Assembly: GCA_964654605.1 (NCBI GenBank)
Contig: CAZZLW010000081.1
Location: 2,939-66,938, forward strand
Direction of reading: 5' to 3'
From: an uncultured Cytophagales bacterium
Lineage (GTDB): Bacteria; Bacteroidota; Bacteroidia; Cytophagales; Thermonemataceae
Length of the DNA stretch: 64,000 nt
Numbering within the stretch: the stretch's first letter is position 1; every line of letters begins with the position of its first letter. The position numbers were made by a program, and so were the translations under genes. Shown here in pieces: positions 36,917 through 47,124 of the stretch. The notes under the pieces were generated by a model, which saw nothing but the letters and a program-made list of their open reading frames with translations, searched no databases and was not told where the DNA came from.

Positions 36917-37543
36917 ATGCAAACAACTTCCTTTGAAAACCAGCCCGTTAATTTTTATGAAGAACCCGAAGAGGTTTTTTCAATGAACCCCAAAAAGTTT
37001 ATGCTTTGGCTTTTTGTGGTGAGTATCACAATGATTTTCGCTTCGCTTACCAGTGCCTATATCTACAAGCAATCCGATAAAGACGCTTGGATAACCTTCG
37101 ATTTGCCCGAGGTATTGCTGTATAGTACGATTGTAATTGTGGTAAGCAGTATATTTATGCAACTATCATATCATTTTGCCAAAAAAGATGAAATTGGCAA
37201 ACTCAAAGCAAATTTATTTATTACGGCGATTTTGGGAATAACTTTCTTAGTAATGCAGTGGGAAGGTTGGGTAAAATTGGTACAAATGGGGATTTTTGTA
37301 GGTGGTGTGGATAGAATGGGAAACCCCGTGAGTCCTGCGGGTTCTTTTGTGTACGTGCTAATGGGTTTGCACGCTTTTCACCTCATTACGGGATTGATTT
37401 TCTTATTGAATGTAACTTGGAGTGCTTTTCGTTTCAAGGTACATAAAAAGGCAATGCTCAAAATAGAACTTTGCAATATTTATTGGCACTTTTTAGGAGG
37501 CTTGTGGGTATATTTGTATCTTTTTATGAGCTTGAACCGATAA
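36917..37543 (+). CDS. cytochrome c oxidase subunit III
   Basis: Polytopic protein with the C-terminal YWHFLGGLWVYLYLF motif characteristic of the heme-copper oxidase subunit III family. Confidence 0.78.
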   Translation: MQTTSFENQPVNFYEEPEEVFSMNPKKFMLWLFVVSITMIFASLTSAYIYKQSDKDAWITFDLPEVLLYSTIVIVVSSIFMQLSYHFAKKDEIGKLKANLFITAILGITFLVMQWEGWVKLVQMGIFVGGVDRMGNPVSPAGSFVYVLMGLHAFHLITGLIFLLNVTWSAFRFKVHKKAMLKIELCNIYWHFLGGLWVYLYLFMSLNR

Positions 37544-37624
37544 AATCCAAAATTTTACTTGCAAATTTCATTTGTTTGGTTTTTATTTGTGGTGAAATAA
37601 TAGACAAAAACAACTCATAAAAAT

Positions 37625-38437
37625 ATGGCACATTCAGCTACTGCAACAGAAACAAACTCAAAAACAGGACTTTGGTTTGGAGGTAAAGAGCCATTCAAAG
37701 CCAGCTACGGAAAGCTAATGATGTGGTATTTCTTACTCTCTGATGCTTTTACTTTTTCGGGGCTACTGGTGGCTTATGCGGTGTTACGCTTCACAAAAAC
37801 CGGTTATTATGAATCTGACTACGCCAAGCAATTTGCATCTATAAAAGAGGCAGGTGAAAAATTCGTAACTTCTGCTGATTATTGGCCTATCCCTGAAAGA
37901 ATTTTTGATGCTTTTCCTTTCTTTCACGGTCAGCATTTACCACTGGTCTTTGTAGGTCTGATGACCTTCATTCTGATTATGAGTAGTGTAACGATGGTGC
38001 TTGCCGTAGAGGCAGGGCATCGCCGCCATAGAGCCGATGTAGAAAAATGGATGCTTTGGACAATTTTAGGTGGTTTGACTTTCTTGGGCTGTCAGGCTTG
38101 GGAATGGACACACTTCATTACAGGTACAGATAAGGGTGCAGTACGTGATGTATGGATGAATGGCGAGTGGGTAAAGCAAACCATTCACGGTGCCAATCTC
38201 TTTATCAATGAATACGGACCTGCTCCTTTTGCCTTTTGCTTCTTTACCATTACAGGTTTTCACGGATTCCACGTATTTAGTGGTGTTCTTATCAATATAA
38301 TTGTGTTCTACAATGTGGCAATGGGTATCTACGACCGACCTGGTAGAAACTACGAAATGGTTGAAAAAGTAGGTTTGTATTGGCACTTTGTAGATTTAGT
38401 TTGGGTATTTGTATTTACGTTCTTTTATTTGGTGTAA
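37625..38437 (+). CDS. cytochrome c oxidase subunit III-family protein (second copy)
   Basis: Polytopic protein ending in YWHFVDLVWVFVFTFFYLV. Confidence 0.78.
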   Translation: MAHSATATETNSKTGLWFGGKEPFKASYGKLMMWYFLLSDAFTFSGLLVAYAVLRFTKTGYYESDYAKQFASIKEAGEKFVTSADYWPIPERIFDAFPFFHGQHLPLVFVGLMTFILIMSSVTMVLAVEAGHRRHRADVEKWMLWTILGGLTFLGCQAWEWTHFITGTDKGAVRDVWMNGEWVKQTIHGANLFINEYGPAPFAFCFFTITGFHGFHVFSGVLINIIVFYNVAMGIYDRPGRNYEMVEKVGLYWHFVDLVWVFVFTFFYLV

Positions 38438-38464
38438 TTTGTGTAATTAAAAGTTTTGAGAAAT

Positions 38465-38803
38465 ATGGCATACGCTTATGAAAATGTACCTCCCGGAGAG
38501 TACCCTAAACCACAGACCAAAGTTATTTGGAAAACGTTTTGGATTTTATTCTTCATCACGGCTTTAGAGTTTTTACTTGCCTTTACTATGCCCACAGGAG
38601 GCTTACGTACTACTATTTTCGTACTGATGACTCTCGTGAAGGCTTTCTACATTGTAGCCGAGTTTATGCACCTTAAACACGAGGTAAAAGGGCTTGTGTA
38701 TGCAATTCTTGTGCCTACTATCTTTGTCATTTGGCTTATTGGGGCAATGTTCATTGAGGGTGGCTCTATTTATGATTTGGTCTATAATCTTTACAAAAAA
38801 TAG
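38465..38803 (+). CDS. cytochrome c oxidase subunit IV (prokaryotic type)
   Basis: About 112 aa with 3 TM helices and the AEFMHLKHE motif. Positioned directly after the cox3 genes. Confidence 0.65.
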   Translation: MAYAYENVPPGEYPKPQTKVIWKTFWILFFITALEFLLAFTMPTGGLRTTIFVLMTLVKAFYIVAEFMHLKHEVKGLVYAILVPTIFVIWLIGAMFIEGGSIYDLVYNLYKK

Positions 38804-38818
38804 TAAAATAAACCAATT

Positions 38819-38866
38819 TGCAAACCTACAAGAGAATGTACTCGGAGTAGGTTTGCATTTTTTTTT
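38819..38866 (+). terminator. rho-independent terminator after the cox genes
   Basis: TGCAAACCTAC/GTAGGTTTGCA 11-bp stem followed by T9. Confidence 0.7.
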
Positions 38867-38898
38867 GACTAAAATTTGCATATTTTAGAAAAAGTTTC

Positions 38899-38906
38899 TA
38901 CTTTTG
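38899..38906 (+). promoter_or_regulatory. -7 box TActTTTG upstream of tRNA-Ser
   Basis: TAnnTTTG match 30 nt upstream of the first tRNA base. Confidence 0.4.
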
Positions 38907-38936
38907 CACTCGCAAATACAGAAAAAACGCATTTTC

Positions 38937-39023
38937 AGAGGGATGGCAGAGTGGTCGATTGCGGCGGTCTTGAAAACCGCAGACCTCTTGCGGGGTCCGG
39001 GGGTTCGAATCCCTCTCCCTCTA
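38937..39023 (+). tRNA. tRNA-Ser (TGA)
   Basis: Acceptor stem AGAGGGA/TCCCTCT, anticodon loop CTTGAAA, long variable arm (type II) and T-loop GGTTCGAATCC. Confidence 0.85.
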
Positions 39024-39030
39024 CCCAAAA

Positions 39031-39060
39031 GCCTCAAAGTTCAGCTTTTGAGGCTTTTTT
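39031..39060 (+). terminator. rho-independent terminator after tRNA-Ser
   Basis: GCCTCAAA/TTTGAGGC stem followed by TTTTTT. Confidence 0.6.
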
Positions 39061-39264
39061 CTTTTTTATGGTACAATTTTAAGTACAAACTTCTTCCCAA
39101 ACAAAACATTTTCCTTCCGCTGTTGGTATATGAAACGGGCAATTTTACTTACCAAATGTTCAGCAAAAAAACAGCATTAAGATTTGATTTTCCCTAAAAA
39201 TTGCCTTAAATTCGTAACTGCTTTGTCATTTTTTAGTCATAACTCAAACAAAACAAAATATCTT

Positions 39265-40254
39265 ATGAATCAAGCAGAAATGGCTTTCAACGAACCCCTT
39301 TTGCAAGAAAACAAAAACCGCTTCGTGTTGTTCCCTATCAAATATTTTGATATTTGGGAAATGTACAAAAAATCGGTTGCTAATTTTTGGGTTGCCGAAG
39401 AGATTGATTTCGCCCAAGATGTCAAAGAATGGGATACCAAACTCAACGACAATGAGAGGCACTTCATTTCTCACGTTTTGGCATTTTTTGCCGCCAGCGA
39501 TGGTATCGTGAATGAAAATCTTGCTATCAATTTCATCAACGAAGTGCAAATTCCCGAAGCTAAATGCTTCTACGGCTTTCAGATAATGATGGAAAATATC
39601 CATTCAGAAACCTACTCTCTAATGATTGATACCTACATCAAGGATAGCAAGCAGAAAGATTTCTTGCTCAATGCTATTCACAACATTCCTTGTGTAGGCA
39701 AAAAAGCAGATTGGGCTTTGCGTTGGATAACCAATGGCTCATTTGTAGAACGCTTGGTTGCCTTTGCGGCAGTAGAAGGTATTTTCTTTTCGGGCAGTTT
39801 TTGCTCTATTTTTTGGCTCAAAAATCGCGGACTTATGCCCGGACTTACTTTTTCCAACGAGCTTATTTCTCGTGATGAAGGTTTGCACTGCGATTTTGCT
39901 TGCTTGCTTTATACCAAGCACGTACAGAATAAATTGCCCAAAGAAAAAGTCTTGGAAATTATTACTGATGCTGTAAAAATTGAGCAAGAGTTTGTTACAG
40001 ATGCCCTGCCTGTAAATTTGATAGGTATGAATGCCGATTTGATGAACCAATATATTGAATTTGTTGCAGATAGATTATTAGTAGCTTTGGGCTATGAGAA
40101 AATTTACAACGTAAGCAATCCGTTCCCTTTTATGGAAATGATTTCTTTGCAAGGAAAAACCAATTTCTTTGAAAAACGTGTAGGCGACTATCAGAAAGCA
40201 GGGGTAATGGCTTCCAAAGAAAAACAAGTATTTTCTACTGACGAAGACTTTTAG
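39265..40254 (+). CDS. nrdB: ribonucleoside-diphosphate reductase subunit beta (class I R2)
   Basis: Ferritin-like fold with ExxH motifs ([17 protein letters not shown]) and [17 protein letters not shown] at 39265. Confidence 0.9.
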   Translation: MNQAEMAFNEPLLQENKNRFVLFPIKYFDIWEMYKKSVANFWVAEEIDFAQDVKEWDTKLNDNERHFISHVLAFFAASDGIVNENLAINFINEVQIPEAKCFYGFQIMMENIHSETYSLMIDTYIKDSKQKDFLLNAIHNIPCVGKKADWALRWITNGSFVERLVAFAAVEGIFFSGSFCSIFWLKNRGLMPGLTFSNELISRDEGLHCDFACLLYTKHVQNKLPKEKVLEIITDAVKIEQEFVTDALPVNLIGMNADLMNQYIEFVADRLLVALGYEKIYNVSNPFPFMEMISLQGKTNFFEKRVGDYQKAGVMASKEKQVFSTDEDF

Positions 40255-40380
40255 AAAATCCATACCCAAAAGAGAGCCTCAAATGCTTGACTGCGTTTGG
40301 GGCTTTATTTTTTTGAGGCTATCGGATTTGGGTTTCATTAAATTTTGCTAATATTGCCTAATTTCCCAAAACAAAAAAGT

Positions 40381-41886
40381 ATGCGAAAAATTCAAAAGAT
40401 TTTGGTTGCCAATCGTGGTGAAATTGCTTTAAGGGTAATGCGTTCTGCCAAAGAAATGGGATTGCAGACGGTAGCTGTATTCAGCGAAGCAGATAGAAAC
40501 GCAATGCACGTCAGATTTGCCGATGAAGCTGTTTGTATTGGCGAAGCTCCCAGCAGTCAGTCTTATTTGCGAGGCGAAAAAATTATAGAGGTTGCTAAAA
40601 AGTTGAACGTAGATGCCATTCACCCCGGTTATGGTTTTTTATCTGAAAATGCTCAATTTGCCAAAATGGTAGAGCAGGCAGGAATTATATTTATCGGTCC
40701 GCCTGTGCAAGCCATAGAAGTAATGGGTAGCAAACTTGCCGCCAAAGAGGCTGTTCGGGCTTTTGGTGTGCCAATGGTGCCAGGCACCGAAGGGGCTATC
40801 AGCGATGTAGCAGAAGCAAAAAAAATAGCCGCTGAAATAGGCTATCCCATTCTCATCAAGGCTTCGGCGGGGGGCGGTGGCAAAGGTATGCGTATTGTAG
40901 AAAATGAAGCCGAACTTGCTGAGCAGATGGAAAGAGCTATCAGCGAGGCGATTTCTGCTTTTGGTGATGGTTCGGTATTTATTGAAAAATACATTACCGC
41001 TCCCAAACATATTGAAGTACAAGTGCTTGGCGATAAACACGGAAATTTGGTGTATCTTTTTGAAAGAGAGTGTTCTGTGCAACGTCGTCATCAGAAAGTA
41101 ATTGAGGAAGCTCCTTCGCCTGTGGTTACGCCAGAGGTTCGTAAAGCTCTTGGCGAAGCCGCTATCAAGGTGGCAAAAGCCTGTGGTTATTACAATGCAG
41201 GAACCGTAGAGTTTGTAATGGATAGCAATCTGAATTTTTATTTTTTGGAAATGAACACTCGCCTGCAAGTAGAACACCCCGTAACCGAGCAAATCACAGG
41301 TATAGATTTAGTAAAAGAGCAAATTCGTATTGCAGAGGGAAAACCTTTGAGTTTTACTCAAAACGATTTGAAAATTCTCGGACACGCCATTGAAGTACGT
41401 GTCTATGCCGAAGACCCAACCAACAATTTCTTACCCGATATAGGCAAATTGCAAACCTATAAGCGTCCCCAAGGTTTGGGCATACGCGTAGATGATGGCT
41501 TTGAGCAAGGTATGGAAATACCCATTTACTACGACCCAATGATAGCTAAACTCATTGCCACAGGCAAAGACCGAAACGAAGCCATTGAGCGTATGAAAAG
41601 AGCCATTGATGAGTATCAAATTACAGGTATTGAAACCACTTTGGGCTTTTGTAAGTTTGTACTGGAACACGAGGTTTTTCTATCAGGCAAGTTTGATACC
41701 AATTTCGTAAAACAATATTTTAGCCCTGAAAAATTACAAACCTCGCCCAACGATGATGCCGAAAAATTAGGGGCTGTGCTTGTAGCTTCTTTGCTTTCGC
41801 AAAATCATTCCATTAGCAATGGTGCAATGAGTAGCAATGGGCAAAAAATCAGTAATTGGAAGAAAAACCGAATACTTAAAAGGTAA
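40381..41886 (+). CDS. accC: acetyl-CoA carboxylase biotin carboxylase subunit
   Basis: KILVANRGEIA, an ATP-grasp GGGGKGMRIV motif and EMNTRLQVEHPVTE. Carries a ~50-aa C-terminal extension. Confidence 0.93.
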   Translation: MRKIQKILVANRGEIALRVMRSAKEMGLQTVAVFSEADRNAMHVRFADEAVCIGEAPSSQSYLRGEKIIEVAKKLNVDAIHPGYGFLSENAQFAKMVEQAGIIFIGPPVQAIEVMGSKLAAKEAVRAFGVPMVPGTEGAISDVAEAKKIAAEIGYPILIKASAGGGGKGMRIVENEAELAEQMERAISEAISAFGDGSVFIEKYITAPKHIEVQVLGDKHGNLVYLFERECSVQRRHQKVIEEAPSPVVTPEVRKALGEAAIKVAKACGYYNAGTVEFVMDSNLNFYFLEMNTRLQVEHPVTEQITGIDLVKEQIRIAEGKPLSFTQNDLKILGHAIEVRVYAEDPTNNFLPDIGKLQTYKRPQGLGIRVDDGFEQGMEIPIYYDPMIAKLIATGKDRNEAIERMKRAIDEYQITGIETTLGFCKFVLEHEVFLSGKFDTNFVKQYFSPEKLQTSPNDDAEKLGAVLVASLLSQNHSISNGAMSSNGQKISNWKKNRILKR

Positions 41887-41927
41887 TTTAGGCAAGAATT
41901 TTGCTTGATTTTTTCCAAAATAATGCA

Positions 41928-43640
41928 ATGCTTAAAACTCTTTGGTATATCTTGGTTTTGGGACTGACTTTGCAAGTCGCTTGGGCACAGCCCAACTGCT
42001 TTTATGCAGTGGGCTACTCACCTTCGGCTTCGCAGGTGCGTATATGTGTGGGCAGACCTATTACGATGAATGATGTCGCTTGTACGAGTTTTGCCCCAGA
42101 CCCTACGAGGCTCTACAAGTTTTTCCCCTCAATGACGGCTACGCCCTCCAAAACACATACCTATACCCAGCCTGGTACTTACACCGTAGAACTTATCGGC
42201 AATGTTCCTGCTCCGGGTACAGGGAATATCAATTCTATTCGCAACGATTATGTAGTGGTTTTACCTACACCCAAGCCCAAAATTCGTCTTACGCGTTGTG
42301 CCAATAGGCAAGTAAAAATTGAGGTTTTAGAATTTGCCCCCTACGACCGCTATAAGGTTGATTTGGGGAATAGTGCTACGCAGTACATTACCCCTTCTAC
42401 CAATCCTTTTACTTACAATTACCCTGCCGCAGGCACTTACACCCTAAAAATTGAAGGCGAACACGCTCTTTTGAACCTTGCCAATGATTATTGTAGCGGC
42501 GTAAATGCCGATACTACAATTGCAGGTACGATTATTTATGATAACCTTTCAGCTATTGCAAGTAGTTTTAGTGTAATGCAAGAAGGACTTGCCTCTACTT
42601 GCGAAGGGAAAATAAAAATTACGATTCCGCAAGTTTTTGCCGATATACGCTACGAGGTGTATTTTTCAAAACAAGGGCAAAATCCTGAACTCTTGGCAAC
42701 TTTTGAAAATCAGAGTCAGCAAAATGTAGTTTTTACAAAAGAAAAACTCAATACATTAGGGCAAACGCATCAGGTGCTTATACGTTTGCAAGATAAGTGT
42801 GGCAATCAGTATGATTTTACGCAAATTTTGCTTCCTGCTATCAGTGGATTGCCTTTGGAAGTTAAAAAGGTAAATGCTTCGTTTGATTTAGAAAACAATT
42901 TGCAAATTTCTTGGCAAGCCACAGGACAAGCCCCCGAAGAATTGCGAACTTATCAGGTTTTGGAAGGTACAAAAATGCTTGAACAAACTGCCGCTACACA
43001 GACTTTGCTAAAAGGTAAGGAAAAACAAAAAAGTTGTTATAGCGTAAGTTTTACGACACCTTGCGGCGTGCAGACGCTTTTTTCTAAACCTACCTGCCCA
43101 ATGATTTTACAAGTTACAACAAGTAGCATCAGCGAAAGAACTTTGCAGTGGAATATGTATCAAAATTCTGATAATGAGCCTGTTTTAGCTTATCAGGTTA
43201 TTAAGTACAATGCAATAGGGGGAGCAATAGATAATTTTTCGGCAGGTAGCAATCTTTCTTATACCGATAGTAAAGAGGACTTGGAAAATCAGGTGATTTT
43301 GTATCGTATCAGAGCTATCACTGCTTCGGGTGAGTATTTTTCAAATATGGTAAGGGTTGAGCGTCCTGCCCAAATTTTCTTTCCTAATGCTTTTACACCC
43401 AATGGCGATGGTTTGAACGATATATTTTTCCCCAAAGGTGTTTTTATCAAAAATTTTCAAATGTCTGTTTTTACACCTAATGGGCAAAAAATATTTGAAT
43501 CTGCCGTTTTAGGTGAAGGCTGGGACGGCACATTTCAGGGTAAACCTATGCCACAAGGGGCATATATCTACCAATGTGTGATAGAAGATTTTATTGGAAA
43601 AAAAATACAACAATCAGGAACCGTATTGTTACAGCGATAA
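41928..43640 (+). CDS. secreted protein with a T9SS type B (gliding-motility-associated, CHU_C) C-terminal sorting domain
   Basis: Signal peptide and a C-terminal FFPNAFTPNGDGLNDIFFPKG...GKPMPQGAYIY hallmark. Confidence 0.8.
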   Translation: MLKTLWYILVLGLTLQVAWAQPNCFYAVGYSPSASQVRICVGRPITMNDVACTSFAPDPTRLYKFFPSMTATPSKTHTYTQPGTYTVELIGNVPAPGTGNINSIRNDYVVVLPTPKPKIRLTRCANRQVKIEVLEFAPYDRYKVDLGNSATQYITPSTNPFTYNYPAAGTYTLKIEGEHALLNLANDYCSGVNADTTIAGTIIYDNLSAIASSFSVMQEGLASTCEGKIKITIPQVFADIRYEVYFSKQGQNPELLATFENQSQQNVVFTKEKLNTLGQTHQVLIRLQDKCGNQYDFTQILLPAISGLPLEVKKVNASFDLENNLQISWQATGQAPEELRTYQVLEGTKMLEQTAATQTLLKGKEKQKSCYSVSFTTPCGVQTLFSKPTCPMILQVTTSSISERTLQWNMYQNSDNEPVLAYQVIKYNAIGGAIDNFSAGSNLSYTDSKEDLENQVILYRIRAITASGEYFSNMVRVERPAQIFFPNAFTPNGDGLNDIFFPKGVFIKNFQMSVFTPNGQKIFESAVLGEGWDGTFQGKPMPQGAYIYQCVIEDFIGKKIQQSGTVLLQR

Positions 43641-43641
43641 T

Positions 43642-44565
43642 TTACGCCAAAGCAATTTCAAATTGCACCAAATCAATAAACTCGCGAATGCGGCTTTCAA
43701 TTTCATTGATTTGCAGATTTTGCAGGCGTTCGGTGCCAAATTTTTCTACGCAAAGCGATGCCATTGCCGAGCCATAAATCACGGCATTTTTCATATTTTC
43801 AAAAGAAATATCCCCTGTTTTTGCCAAATAACCAATAAAACCGCCTGCAAAGGTATCGCCTGCACCTGTGGGGTCAAAAACATCTTCCAAAGGCAAGGCA
43901 GGAGCAAAAAATACTTGGGTTTGGTTGAATAGCAACGCTCCGTGTTCTCCTTTCTTGATAACCAATACTTTGGGACCCATTGTCAGGATTTTTCTTGCGG
44001 CTTTTACAAGAGAATATTCTTTGGCAAGCTGGCGGGCTTCTTCATCATTGATAGAAAGCACATCTACGAGTTTGAGCGTTTTCATTAGTTCGTCCCAAGC
44101 TGTATCCATCCAAAAGTTCATCGTATCCATTAGTATCAGTTTGGGGCGTTTGCGGAGGCGTTCTACTACGGTTCGCTGAATGGTAGGCGTGAGATTGCCA
44201 AGCATTAGGTATTCTGTATTCTGATAACTTTCAGGAATGATGGGGTCAAAATTGGCAAGTACATTTAGCTCTGTGGCAAGTGTGTCGCGGGTATTCATAT
44301 CGTTATGATACTTGCCTGCCCAAAAGAAAGACTTTTCGCCTTGCTTAATCTGTAAACCTTCGGTATTGATGCCGTGTTTTCGGAACATTTCTATCGTTTC
44401 GGTAGGGAAATCATCACCTACTACCCCCACAAGATTGATATTTTTGGTAAAATAAGAGGCAGAAAGCGAGGCATAAGTCGCCGCACCACCAATAATTTTA
44501 TCTGTTTTTCCGAAAGGGGTTTCAATGGCGTCAAAAGCAACTGTTCCGATAATGGTCAAACTCAT
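43642..44565 (-). CDS. PfkB-family carbohydrate/nucleoside kinase
   Basis: Ribokinase-like fold with the C-terminal DPTGAGDTFAGGF motif. Confidence 0.8.
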   Translation of the reverse strand: MSLTIIGTVAFDAIETPFGKTDKIIGGAATYASLSASYFTKNINLVGVVGDDFPTETIEMFRKHGINTEGLQIKQGEKSFFWAGKYHNDMNTRDTLATELNVLANFDPIIPESYQNTEYLMLGNLTPTIQRTVVERLRKRPKLILMDTMNFWMDTAWDELMKTLKLVDVLSINDEEARQLAKEYSLVKAARKILTMGPKVLVIKKGEHGALLFNQTQVFFAPALPLEDVFDPTGAGDTFAGGFIGYLAKTGDISFENMKNAVIYGSAMASLCVEKFGTERLQNLQINEIESRIREFIDLVQFEIALA

Positions 44566-44731
44566 TGGATTTTTATTTTTAGGTGAATAGCCGCAAACTT
44601 ACAAAATTTTTGGGAAGGTGAATGAAGTTATTGAGAATTTTCATACTTTCTGAAATTAAAACTGGCTAAATCAGCAAGTTTTTTCATTAACAAAAGAATT
44701 TCAGGTGGTGCTTCTTTCCCTTTTTCTGAAA

Positions 44732-45779
44732 TAAGTAATAAGCCACAAAAAAAGTATATTTTTGCGAATGCGAAAAATTAGTATTACTTCCACGGAAAAA
44801 GAATTGTTAGAAGCGGTAAAGTTCAAGAGCAAAAGCCCTGTTTTGAGGAAACGTTGCGAGTGTATTTTGTTAGCGTCTAATTTGGGTTTAACGGTTGCTC
44901 AATTGGCAGAGCATTTTTCTGTAACCCGAAAAACCATTTACCATTGGTTCAATCTTTGGGAAACATCTAAATTATCAGATTTAGAATCAATTCCAGGTCA
45001 AGGAGCTAAGAAGAAATTAGCCAGTATAAGTCAGACGGACTTGAAATTTTGCTGGAAGCCCATAGTCAGAACCTCAACGAGGTATTGAGCATTTTAAGCT
45101 CAAAGTATCAAATAGACGTATCAAAAAGGACTTTGATACGCTTTTTAAAAAGATAGCGGTTACACTTGGCGTAGGGTGCGTAAAAGCGTGGCTTCTAAAA
45201 GAGATGCCGCTTTGTTTGAGGAAACTGCTCAAAAAATAGAGACTTTGTCAGATTTAGCCAAAGCCAATTACCTTAACTTGTGCTTCTATGATGAAAGTTA
45301 TTTTGGTTTAGTGCCTGTGGTGCCTTATGCCTGGCAGCAGAAAGGAGCAACGATTTAATTGCCCAGTTTTAGAGGTAAGTATATCAATGTAGCTGGATTT
45401 TATCAGACCAATAATGAAAGAAAGATGTATTTGTTTGAACAAGAAACTATTAATGCCCAAAAGTTAGTAGATATGTTTGAGGATTTTGCTCAAAGTATCA
45501 CCTGCAAAACGGTGGTCGTTCTGGACAATGCTCCTATTCATAAAAGTAGCTTATTTCAAAGTAAAATAAAGAAATGGGAAGAAGAATATGATTTGTATTT
45601 ATTCTTTATTCCCCCTTATTGTCCAGAATTGAATCTAATAGAAATTTTTTGGAAAAAAGTAAGTACGAATGGCTTTCTTTGCAAGCCTATAACTCTTTTG
45701 ATAACTTGAAAAAAGAGCTAATAAGTATCTTTCAAAATAAACATCAAAAATATAACATTAATTTTGTCTGACTACTTAC
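44732..45779 (+). mobile_element. IS630-family insertion sequence, decayed
   Basis: Contains the transposase pseudogene. Imperfect terminal inverted repeats are TAAGTAATAAGCCACAAAA (44732..44750) and TTTTGTCTGACTACTTA (45762..45778). The boundary call is approximate. Confidence 0.6.
44762..45771 (+). pseudogene. IS630-family DDE transposase disrupted by at least 3 frameshifts and an in-frame TAA
   Basis: HTH N-terminus, then a frame change near 45040 (..LEILLEAHSQNLNEVL.. continues in another frame). The frame returns near 45150 (GYTWRRVRKS). There is an in-frame TAA at 45356-45358 and another frame change near 45655 (KYEWLSLQAYNSFDNLKKEL...NINFV-stop at 45769-45771). DDE context motifs seen: CFYDESYF, VVLDNAPIH, PPYCPELNLIE. 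Confidence 0.8.
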
Positions 45780-45811
45780 TATTCGTAAAAAGCTGAAATA
45801 AAAAATTTACC

Positions 45812-46366
45812 CTAACTTTTGTCATCAACCTTTTCGGCGTAAATTTCAAAGTTTTCAGCTTTTGCAAAAATCATTTTTTGCTTGCCTTTAATGCTATAAC
45901 GCAAAATTTTTTCTGCTTCCAAGTGCAAATTCAGTTCTTTTTCCGAGGAATACAAAAAATTTTCTGTTTGCAAAAAAGCCCTAATACGCAGAGGCTTTTG
46001 ACTTTTATCAAATTTTATCTCCAAAAACTTTACTTTCAAATCATTACTTTTAGCTTGGTATTGCAAGATAAGTGTATCGCCTTTTTGCTCCTTTTTCTCA
46101 TCATATAAGCCCCTAAAAGCGGATTTATTGATATTGGCTTGCTCAAAAAATGCCAACTCTTTTTCCCAACGAATATCTGAAACTCTTTTCTGCTGTTTTT
46201 GCTTTTCAGTAATAGTAGTTTTAAGAAAAACTTGCTCTTTTTGGGGATATAGTTTTTGCAAAAAAGCCTCTAAATCGTAGTAATAACTGATATTTTCAGC
46301 TACTTCCTGCGGCTTGGAGCAAGCAAAAAAGAGAAGCAAAGCAAGCCCCCAAAATGCTTTTTTCAT
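45812..46366 (-). CDS. hypothetical lipoprotein
   Basis: Signal peptide with lipobox LLFFACS. Its start overlaps the udk stop by 4 nt. Confidence 0.5.
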   Translation of the reverse strand: MKKAFWGLALLLFFACSKPQEVAENISYYYDLEAFLQKLYPQKEQVFLKTTITEKQKQQKRVSDIRWEKELAFFEQANINKSAFRGLYDEKKEQKGDTLILQYQAKSNDLKVKFLEIKFDKSQKPLRIRAFLQTENFLYSSEKELNLHLEAEKILRYSIKGKQKMIFAKAENFEIYAEKVDDKS

Positions 46367-46986
46367 TTTTGTTGAATTTTGTTTCTTAAATAACTCACAA
46401 GCATTTCCAAAGGTTTCTGAAAATGCTTGTTATTGGGAATAATTATATCTGCCTCGTTTTTGAAAGGTTCAATATAACGCTCGTAGGTAGGGGCAACGTG
46501 CTTTTCGTAGCGGTACAGCACATCAGAAAGGTCGTAGCCACGCTCTACTTGGTCGCGATGAATACGGCGTTTTAGTTTGATATGCTCTTTGGCATCAATA
46601 AAAATCTTTAAGTCTAATAGTTCGGCAATTTCTTTGAAGTAAAATACAAAAATCCCCTCTACGATAATAATAGGAGCAGGCTTAAAAATCAGGGTTTTAG
46701 GGACTATATCAGGGTTGTTGTAAGTATATTCCAAACGATACACCACCTCGCCGTTGCGAAGTTTCTGAATATCGCGAGCGTATTCGTGAGCATTGATAGA
46801 TTCGGGCAAATCAAAGTTATGCACACCATTCTCATCAACAGGTTGCTCTTCGCGTGGGCGATAGTAGTTATCTTGCGAAATAAGGCAGACCTCCTCTTCT
46901 GAGAAAGCATTGAGCAAACCTTTCAGGAAAGAAGTTTTGCCCGAAGCACTCCCCCCTGTAATACCTACAATAAAAGGCTTTTGCAT
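46363..46986 (-). CDS. udk: uridine kinase
   Basis: 207 aa counted from ATG 46986, with the P-loop GITGGSASGKTS. The 387-aa ORF-track entry is an upstream read-through. Confidence 0.9.
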   Translation of the reverse strand: MQKPFIVGITGGSASGKTSFLKGLLNAFSEEEVCLISQDNYYRPREEQPVDENGVHNFDLPESINAHEYARDIQKLRNGEVVYRLEYTYNNPDIVPKTLIFKPAPIIIVEGIFVFYFKEIAELLDLKIFIDAKEHIKLKRRIHRDQVERGYDLSDVLYRYEKHVAPTYERYIEPFKNEADIIIPNNKHFQKPLEMLVSYLRNKIQQK

Positions 46987-47124
46987 AGAAGTAATTTTTT
47001 TCGCCTGCAAAATTAGAAATCTTTGCCAAAATGCTGATAAATGCTTTTGGAAAAAATGCAAAAAAATCTTATTTTGGTGCAAAATTTTGTTTGTCCTTTT
47101 CTTGAACATAAAAAATTTACTTTT

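Noticed and set aside
36917-38803. Duplicated cox3-family genes without coxI/coxII as a possible anomaly.
   Set aside because: Two subunit III-type genes followed by a subunit IV gene, separate from the catalytic subunits, is to my knowledge a common Bacteroidota arrangement, so it is not unusual.
39061-39264. Long leader upstream of nrdB examined for a riboswitch or NrdR boxes.
   Set aside because: I could find no recognisable NrdR palindrome or conserved riboswitch core by eye. Without comparative data nothing can be called.
40639-41292. 217-aa minus-strand ORF.
   Set aside because: It lies entirely antisense to the highly conserved accC and has no motif of its own. The same reasoning applies to 1810..2298, 19584..20189, 36122..36589, 49377..49889 and 61449..61928.
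44762-45771. Programmed -1 frameshifting as the explanation for the split IS630 transposase.
   Set aside because: At least three separate frame changes and an in-frame TAA are needed, which fits decay rather than a single programmed shift.
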